From: Chlorokybus atmophyticus
Taxonomy: Eukaryota; Plantae; Mesostigma and Chlorokybus algae
DNA: 64,000 bases
Assembly: GCA_009103225.1 (NCBI GenBank)
Contig: RHPI01001737.1
Span: 310,511-374,510, forward strand
Reading direction: 5' to 3'
This document shows positions 53,549 through 64,000 of the stretch, one piece after another. The position numbers and the translations under genes are program-made. The notes below the pieces were generated by a model, which was not told where the DNA came from, did not search any database, and was given only the letters and a program-made list of their open reading frames with translations. Position 1 is the stretch's first letter. Each line of letters opens with the position of its first letter.

Positions 53549-53925
53549 CGCTGACCCTCTTCCCCTTCCCCCTTCTCCTCCTCCTCGTCCTCCTCCTCCG
53601 CCGCCGCCGCCTGCGCGCGCTTTTCCCGCTCTAACCCTAACCGTTTCCAGCGTGTTCACTAAACGCAGCAATTGGATCGCCGTTTGTAACAAGATCACTG
53701 AACTAAAGTAAGCTGATTCAGTAATCACATGGCAAGCTGAACAACCCTAAGTTCACAGCGCCGCGGGCGGCGACGGCGACGGCGGCGGCGGCGGCAGAGA
53801 AGGAGGAGGACGAGCAGCCGGAGGAAGTCTAGAGTGGGTTGCGTATGTTTAAGCCCTGGATTTACACTCACTCATGGTGAGCTAGTAGGCGTGGAGGTAA
53901 TCTTTCTTTGGGGTGAGGTTGCGTG
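53549..53925. promoter_or_regulatory. Bidirectional promoter between CCT5 and PRP16, with telo-box-like motifs
   Basis: 377 bp between divergent ATGs. AACCCTAA at 53633-53640 and 53743-53750. Confidence 0.6.
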
Positions 53926-56900
53926 ATGGATCGTCTGGAGGGGGAGCAGGGTGGTCTGGGAGGTTTGCAGCTGCGCTCTGGGCTGCTGCACCGCCCCGGT
54001 GAGGACGGGATTGTCTTCAAGGCGCCTGCACCGAAGAAGTCTGTGCTTGGTAAGCGGCATTGAAAGTTGCGGTTTGGCTGCACTAACCTGGCATCATGCT
54101 GTGCTCTTGTTGTTGTGTCGCATGAGTTGCATGTATGTTCAGTAGATTCCTGCCGCATGAGGCTGTTTGTAAGTTTGTGCAGATATTGAACAACACAAAC
54201 GGATCAGCGGGATAGAGCAGCCAGCTGCGCTGCTTCATATTGTGTTGTGATCAATGATCACGCGCTTGTCATATTACGCAGCAGTTTGTTCAGCGCTTTG
54301 TTCCTTGGAACCGTTGATTTGATGTATGTATTGGTGTCTATCTAGCTTTGGTCTTGCACATGTTGCCGTCAGCCTTTTACACACTGTGCCAACAGGCGTG
54401 TGTTGCGTTTCTTGGTAGGGTGAACTCTCAACTGTGCACGTCATATCAGCTGTCTGTCTGGTTTTATATTCCCTCGGGACCGGAAATGGCAGTTGGTATA
54501 TACTCAAATTGAGTATGTGCGCTCATCAACGCCAATCGTTATTCCAGGTCTGGACGCTCTTGCAAAGGCCAAGCGTGAAGCAGATGGGGTGCCTCACCCT
54601 GATCTGAAACGTCCGCGTGTTGCACCAACCGCTGTGGATCAATCCGATGATGTTGTTACCCCTGCAAAGGATGAAAATGGTGCTGCAAGCGCCAATGGTG
54701 TAAAGTCCAGTGCTGAGCGTCACTACCGCAACAGAGGCAATGAAACACCATCTCACCCTGGTGGTGTGGATGCAAAGGCTGTTGAAGCAATTGAAGACAG
54801 GAGAAAGCGCTACAACAAGGTACATATACAATCTTCTGGACTTCCTGGTTGGTTGCTTGTGTGCTGTTGCCATGCATCACCAACTCTAACAGTGTTAACT
54901 ATGGCAGGATGGCGCCGTGTATAGTAGCACTGCCGAGCGTTCACGAGGCAGGGGCGACAGAGATGATAGGGATGATAGGTACGACAGGCGCGGCCGCTCA
55001 AGAGAGCGTTCTTATGGTGAGGACAGCAGTAGGCAGCGGGATCGGTCGTCTTCTAGAGACGGTTGGCGTACTCCTGGTCACCGCGAAGGAAGCAACACTC
55101 CGGCCTCCACGCGTGGCAGCACCTGGGAGAGGTCAACGCCTCACCGAGGGCCTGCCATACTGGACGCCTCGCCTTCCTTGCCTTCCCCAGCACACTCCTA
55201 TGATTGGGACAGCAGATCTCAGGCCTCAACACCAGGACGCGGTTGGGAGACTCCCGGTCGTGATGGTATGGACAGCTTGCGGTTGGTTGTTGCACTCCAA
55301 CATGTGCTGCACGTGTCGTCCACTGGTGCTTACTGGTTCTCTGTGCGTTAGACAACGGCAAATCAGCATGGGACTACTCGGCTTCTCCAGCTGCACCGCG
55401 TATACGCGCAGGGAGCGCTACTCCAGGCAGCGGCAGAGGCCGGTCAGATTCAGAGCATCGGTTGAGGTTTCAAACGCCCAAGCCGGTAAGTGGTTGGCAT
55501 CACGACTGCACATCAGTTGGTGTATGTGAGACTGACATACATGTTGCCCAAGCAGGTTGGTGACCAACGGCCGGTGCTGTCATCATCACATCAGTACAGC
55601 ATGGGTGAGATTCCAGACGGCGGTGGCAATGAAGCGTTGCAGGATGAGGAAACCATGCAGGACTACTTGAAGGATGAGCACCAGCTGGACCGCGACTGGT
55701 ATGATCAGGACGAGATGGGGCATGTTGCTGGCGAAGGACAGGATCCTTTCCTCGGGGATGATAAGAGTTTCAAAAAGCGTGAAGAGGAGTTCCAGAAACG
55801 TGCTGTTGGGCGTGATGGAAGGTTGTTGTCGTTGATGCAAAGTAAAAAGGTTAGCCAGATGCAGAGAGACTCGGCTAAGTGGGAGGACAGGCAGCTTTTG
55901 GCCAGTGGCACAGTGCGAATGGCAGGCAATGCCGTTGAGATCGATGATGAAGAAGATTCGCGTGTCATCTTGCTTACGCATGACACAAAGCCACCCTTCT
56001 TGGATGGGAGAGTCGTATTTACAAAGCAAGCAGAGGCAGTGCAACCTGTCAAAGATCCCACAAGTGATATGGCCATCATCGCACGCAAGGGCTCGCTGCT
56101 TGTGAGAGAGGTATTGTATGACCTGATTGTGCAACTCGTTGCTATACTTCTCCTGGTAAAAGTGTGGTCAAAATAGTCAAGGAGTTGCATGTTGATACTC
56201 GTGATGTTCCGCTGCAGGTGCGCGAGAAAAGAGAGCAGAACAAGTCACGGCAGCGGTTTTGGGAGTTGGCTGGGAGCAAGTTGGGAAACATTCTCGGCGT
56301 GCAGAAGACTGCAGAGCAGATTGATGCAGATAAGGCCGACCTCGATGAGGAAGGTGAACTGGCTGACCACAGGAAAGGTCAGCAGTTCAAGGACCTTATG
56401 AAGAAAGGAGAGGCCCAGAGTGAGTTCGCCCGCTCCAAAACTATGAAGGAGCAGCGGGAGTTCTTGCCAATCTATGATATTCGAGATGATCTGCTTCAGG
56501 CGAGACTTCACAAATTCCAGCAGGCATGCTGATTGTCGTGCATGCTGTCAATTGGCTAATGGCTTGTCTGCTTGCAGGTGATTCGCGAGAATAATATCGT
56601 TGTAGTGGTTGGAGAAACTGGCTCCGGAAAGACGACCCAGATGACTCAGTATCTGCATGAGGCAGGATACACTACATATGGCATTGTTGGTTGCACGCAG
56701 CCTCGCCGTGTGGCTGCCATGAGTGTGGCCAAGCGTGTCAGTGAAGAGATGGATTGCGAGCTGGGCAGCACAGTTGGTTATGCTATCCGTTTTGAGGACT
56801 GCACTTCGCGTGAAACCGTCATCAAGTACATGACGGATGGTGTGCTGCTGCGTGAAACCCTGCGCGAGCCAGACTTAGACATGTACAGCTGTATTATTAT

Positions 56901-58813
56901 GGATGAAGCACACGAGCGCTCGTTAAATACGGACGTGCTGTTCGGCGTGCTGAAGAAGGTTGCAGCCCGCAGGCGCGACTTTCGCCTCATTGTCACCTCA
57001 GCAACACTGAATGCTGAGAAGTTCAGCCAGTTTTTCGGCAGCGTGCCCATATTCATGATCCCTGGTCGTACTTTCCCTGTTGATGTCATGTGGAGCAAGA
57101 TTCCCTGTGAAGACTACGTGGATGCTGCAGTCAAGCAAGCTCTGGCCATCCACCTGTCGCACCCGCCTGGGGATATATTAATCTTCATGACGGGGCAAGA
57201 GGACATTGAGGCGACTTGTTTCACTCTCCAAGAGCGACTGGAGCGCTTAGGCGAGAACGCCCCAGCGCTGTCCATCCTACCCATCTACTCTCAGCTGCCA
57301 TCGGATCTGCAGGCCAAGATCTTTGAGAGAGCCGAGGGTGGTGTTCGCAAGTGTATCGTTGCCACCAACATTGCAGAGACATCCCTGACAGTGGACGGTA
57401 TCTACTATGTTATTGACACTGGCTACTGCAAGCTCAAGGTGTTCAACCCTCGCATGGGCATGGACGCCCTCGCAGTGTTTCCGGTCAGTCAGGCTGGAGC
57501 CAACCAGCGGTCTGGTCGGGCTGGCCGTACCGGTCCGGGCACTTGCTACCGGTTGTACACTGAGACCGCGTATACTAATGAGCTTCTCTCCATGAACGTG
57601 CCCGAGATCCAGCGCACCAACCTGGGCAATGTGGTCTTGCTGCTCAAGTCGCTGAACATCGAGAACCTTCTCGACTTTGACTTCATGGACCCTCCGCCGC
57701 TAGACAATATCCTCAACTCCTTGTATCAGTTGTGGGTATTGGGTGCGCTGGACAACACTGGTGCACTAACACCTTTGGGAAAGAAGATGGTGGAGTTTCC
57801 TCTGGACCCTCCGCTTGCCAAGATGCTGCTTGTTGGCGCGGAGCTCGGTTGCAGCAATGAAGTGCTCACCATTGTGTCCATGCTGTCCGTGCCATCGGTC
57901 TTTTTCCGTCCCAAAGACAGAGCGGAAGAGAGTGATGCTGCGCGCGAGAAGTTCTTTGTGCCGGAGAGTGACCACCTGACCCTGCTTCACGTGTACGAGC
58001 AATGGAAGCAGCATCAGTTCAGAGGAGATTGGTGCAGCGATCACTACATCCATGTCAAGGGCATGCGGAAAGCAAGAGAGGTAACCATGTCTCTGTAGTG
58101 CAGATTTTTCGTGTGGCTAAGTAGCATACCCGGATGCTGATGCATGTTTCCCACCTTTGACAGGTGCGTTCCCAGTTGCTGGACATCATGAAGCAGCAGA
58201 AGATTGCGATGGTGTCCTGCGGTACCGACTGGGATGTTGTGCGCAAGGCCATATGTTCTTCATACTTCCATCAGGCAGCCCGTCTTAAGGGCATTGGGGA
58301 ATATGTACACTGCCGAACTGGCATGCCCTGCCATCTCCACCCGACAAGTGCGCTGTACGGCCTGGGTTACACCCCCGATTACATAGTGTACCATGAGTTG
58401 GTGATGACGGCAAAGGAGTACATGCAGTGCGTCACTGCTGTGGAACCACAATGGCTCGCGGAGATGGGCCCGATGTTCTTCAGCATAAAGGAGTCGCATT
58501 CCAGCCGCATTGAGCAACGCAAGAAGCAGCGTGAGGAGGCAGCAGCAATGGAGGTAAGCTGAGGTTGCATCCCTTATGTCCGCATGCATGCTACATATGT
58601 GCTCTACAGCACTTTGCTGGGCGCGAAGCTGACCATTGCGTTCCATGTACTGTCGTACAGACTGAGATGGAGAAGATCACAAAGCAGAAGGAGGAGCTGG
58701 TGCGTGCTGCTGTGGCTAAGGAAGAAGCGCAGCGAGTGCGAGAGCGCAGTGCAATTGCAACCCCAGGCAGGGCACCAAGGACACCGAGCACGCCCAGACG
58801 TTTTGGGCTCTAG
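53926..58813 (+). CDS. PRP16: Pre-mRNA splicing DEAH helicase PRP16/DHX38
   Basis: [43 protein letters not shown] and C-terminus RRFGL*. Confidence 0.96.
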
Positions 58814-59188
58814 CATTTGCTATATAGCTTGCACCTACCATTCATCGTTTGGTGCGTCAGTAATGCTTATCACATCCCATGGATTGTCAGTCTAGCCTGG
58901 CCCTTGTATGAGCTTTGGTTGAATTCACTTGCTAACACAATACGTGCTGGCTATGTCATTGTCTGCCCGTGGACATTATAAGGGAGGTTGAGGACACACA
59001 TCAGTGGTCGTCGATAATGCAAGGTAGGTAACATTGGCCAATGCAATGTCAACAATAGAGACAAGACGTAGCAGCATTCAGTTCAATGTTATTACTCCAA
59101 TGAGCATACCCATTACCTAAGCTCATCTAGTACACGCGCAGCAGCACACGCCAACAACCATGTCCGACCTAAAGCAAGAAGGGCGCTA

Positions 59189-60732
<1,544 letters not shown>

Positions 60733-61987
60733 GCTGCCGGCTTGGCTGCCGCCGCCCCTACACAATGCGCCACAGCCCCAAATGGCCAGGCCACTATTTA
60801 CACCAGTAGTAACCACCAACGCAGCGCCCGGTAAGTTACCGGCGGTAACCGTGTGACGGACCGCCCCTTGCTGTAAGGAGACTTTGTACTCTATGTAAGC
60901 ATACGTTGCAGCAACTAACAGGGGTAGTTAGGGACCCTACCGGTTGCCTAGCTTTCATTCGGCATTTTCCCCGTGTGCCAAGAATCTTGGCACAAGATGG
61001 CATCATGAGATAAAAAAATGACTCTCATGCCTGATTACACTTTGTAGCTTACAAGGCCCTTGTACCGCGCGCTAGTTTCCGAAACTGCCACCACTAGTTT
61101 GTACAGTATTGATATATTAAAGGTATTAATCAGATCGTAATTTTTCCACGTTCTTAAACTTAACATTTTTTGTGAACACACGGCATGTTTACGGATGTGA
61201 TGCACTACATGTAGTACAAAGGCTTTGAGTCAGTGTCACATCTCAATTCAGCTGCGACACTCAAAGCCTTCCTAAATCAATCATTTTTGACATCTGAAAT
61301 TCAACCTTAATTTTCTCTCTAAATAAGTTAAAAGTATAGTGTTATGATGACCCATACCGGAGTGAGTTGAGCCGTCCTTCCAACTTATGTATTGATAGCT
61401 TTCATAGCAAGTGAGATTGCTCAACTTAAAAACATGGCAATATGTTGTGCAAGCAAGGCTCGACTGCGGGGTATGTCTCGCGGTGGGAGTGCGTACAGTG
61501 GAGTTCACAAGTGTGAAGAGTGAGCAATGCTGTAGGGCAGCATGCAAGGTGCTAAAGGGGGAGAGTAGGGAGCATAGAAGCTGCGGTACTTGTAGTGATG
61601 ATCTGGTGGTAGGTGCAGGAGACAGGAAACAGGGAAAACCTATCTGAGTAGTCCCCTACGCTTGGTATGAGATAGTAGTCACTCAACAAGCTCCCCCCCT
61701 GCCTGGTCATGGGCGTCCCCGCGATGAGCTTGGCACCGGTGATAGTGCCATGGCTAGCTGGCAGAGGAAGACGCTACATTGGGGTCGCCTGCAAGCTTCG
61801 TGCCAGTATTCCCAGCAGGTATCACATTCCATTGGACGACGACGATTCGAGGTGCAGCCGGTGCATTGCTCGATTTGTTAAACTCGCAGGTGAGGTTTGC
61901 AACGTACGGTAGGTGACATGGGAAGCAGTCTTGCACATGGTCATCTTCGGTTTTTCCGGAGGGAGCCCTAAGAGACAGAGTGCCCAG

Positions 61988-62420
61988 TAGCGCGGTCCTG
62001 TACAACCTTGTACACACGCCGTACACAGGGCTTTTTACGCGCGGACCAGTCGTACGCGGTCCGCAGACCACGTCTGGTACGTTGTGGCGTACCAGTGCCA
62101 CGACTGGTCCGGCGTGACCGGACCACCGGTGGTCCGGCCCCTGGGACCGCCGGCATGGTCCAAATGACCGGACCGGGGCTGGTCGCGTGCCCCGCGGCCT
62201 ACGTACCAGTTCAGCACTGGTACAGCAAGGTACAGGTGCTGTGTACCAGGCCTGGTCCGTATGCAGCCGTGTCGTGGGACCAGGTACATTGCACCACGTC
62301 GCTTGAGTCCATTGGTACAATTGTACGCAGTGATCGAACCTGTCTGGCATGATCGGGGCTCGGCCTTGCACACGTCAGCACAGCGGTAAGTACGGCTGTA
62401 CTTGTACTTATCCCGTGCTA
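61988..62420. repeat. GTAC- and GGWCC-dense segment, possibly transposon subterminal repeats
   Basis: About 16 GTAC and about 11 GGWCC motifs counted by eye in about 430 bp. Confidence 0.55.
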
Positions 62421-64000
62421 AAACCCTAATTGCAGCCCTGCTTGTTTTTCGCTAACTCCGAATTAACCCACCCCGAGCTGGGCGAAGGCTGACCCTAATT
62501 GCAACTGAGGTCGCAGTGAGGCACTGAGGCACTGCTTGCGGCACTGCGTTGCAACCGGCAAGCTACTGGAGCTGGCGGCGGCGCTGAAGGCGGCGGTGCT
62601 GGAGGCCAACTTACCACGGTAAGCAAGTGATGTTGATTGTTCGTTGCACTGTGTGTGGCTTACTGTGTGTAGGTTTCGTAGTTTGTAGCATTTGAGCAAC
62701 AGCAACTGCTATGGTTGCAGCGGCTCCTGCTGCCGGTGCTGCTGCCGTTGTCTACACAGTGGGCATTCTCGTCACCACTTGTGAATGACATTGTTGTGGT
62801 GGTGTCGGTTGTGTGTGCTGGTGATTGTGGTTGGTGCTCGTGATTGCTGCTGCTGTAGCTTGACAACAGCAAGCAACAACAACCGCAGCAGCAGCTACAG
62901 CCGCAGCCGCAGCTGCTGCTGCGGCTGTAGCAGCAACAACCACGACATATGAACCAAACAGTTAGGTTTTTGTATTTCTAGTAGTCCAGCACATGCACGC
63001 CTGCACATGCATGCACCTGACAAGAATTTGCATGAGTGCACTGCTAATATGCATGTAAGCGTTGCTATTAACTTTGCTCTCTTATCCGTCCGTCCAGGAG
63101 CAGCAGCAACAGCACAACGTATTCTAATTCTGTTTCAACAACCCCGACACACAGCAGCTATGGCGGCAATGGCGAAAACAGCAACGACCAGAACCGATAC
63201 TGCTGCCTACAATCGTTACCACCAGCCGCTGCATGCTGAGCGACAGGCGCAACCCCAGCGTTGTGGGCAGAGCTGGCGGAGGCTATCCGATGGGGCAATA
63301 CACAGTCAAGACTGAATGCACAACCCCCCCCCCCCCTTCCCTTTGTTGTATTGTAGCAGTGTTGCCGTTGCCGTTTCGTATGTCATACGCAGTGCCACTG
63401 GTCAACACTATCAATGTTGCCGTAAAGCCCATATAACAATTGCCAACATTTTCCTTGCATTGTTTCTTGCTTTGTATAATTCCCCCAATCCCGCTCTCAA
63501 CACGACAGCCCTTTCGACTGTTCATTGAGAGGTTGGCTGCCGCGCAACGAACAGCGCAATGGTTGTCTAGGTAGTCACTATCGGTGGGGACAGCCCGATG
63601 CTGCTGCCCTTCACACGGTGCAGGACCGAGGGGTGCTGCAGCTGGACCTCAAGGTGAGCGGGGGAGGGACAAGGAAGAAGGGGGGAAGGGNGGGGGGGTA
63701 AATGCGCGCGTTTTCGCATGCACATATGCACACGCACGCGCAAGCACCTGAGCACACGCATGGATGCACGCGTCCAAGTGCACGTGCACATGTCTCGTTG
63801 TGGCACACGCACATACAAAGTCACGTGCACATACTGGTCCGATTTGAGCTCATAGACCGCACTCACCAGGCAGGCTGTCGAGTGCGGCCCATGAGCCAGC
63901 CTACAACAACTGCCTTATAGGCCGCACTGGACATCCAGTGCGGCCTATGAGGCAGTTTTGAGGCAATCTTATGCATGTGAACAGGTGTGTCCCTCCCCCC

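Noticed and set aside
61709-61912. VPAMS as a hAT dimerisation motif
   Set aside because: The following ERxFS and the rest of the domain are absent.
62480-63320. Protein-coding gene after the 62421 telo-box
   Set aside because: The first exon-like segment has no ATG and the downstream short ORFs have no motifs; a non-coding or partial transcript cannot be excluded.

Overview
Intron-rich eukaryotic nuclear DNA of about 50% GC. Plant-type proteins, telo-box promoters and a candidate ciliary gene suggest an early-diverging streptophyte green alga such as Chlorokybus (inference). Recognisable genes: NAD-IDH catalytic subunit, a PP1-binding CCCH protein (PNUTS/C3H6-like), serine palmitoyltransferase small subunit, TMEM186-like, SIK1-like MAP4K, a candidate ciliary EF-hand-like protein, SEC12-like, a UVR/HEAT/TPR protein, CA1P-phosphatase-like, CCT5, PRP16 and a membrane-anchored SAM methyltransferase. 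Mobile DNA: a very young Ty3/gypsy chromovirus (37085-43928) inserted into a decayed LINE end, a 5'-truncated RLE-type LINE, and a decayed Penelope-like RT. The most striking object is at 176-1261: a tandem non-autonomous LTR element (TRIM) with 79-bp LTRs. Its tRNA-type Pol III promoter is split, with the A-box inside the LTR and the B-box beyond the PBS. It shares its PBS, PPT and LTR start with the chromovirus 36 kb away, and it ends in an inverted LTR so that one 5-bp TSD flanks two U3 ends. Exon boundaries were derived by eye. All family assignments come from motif recognition, not database searches.
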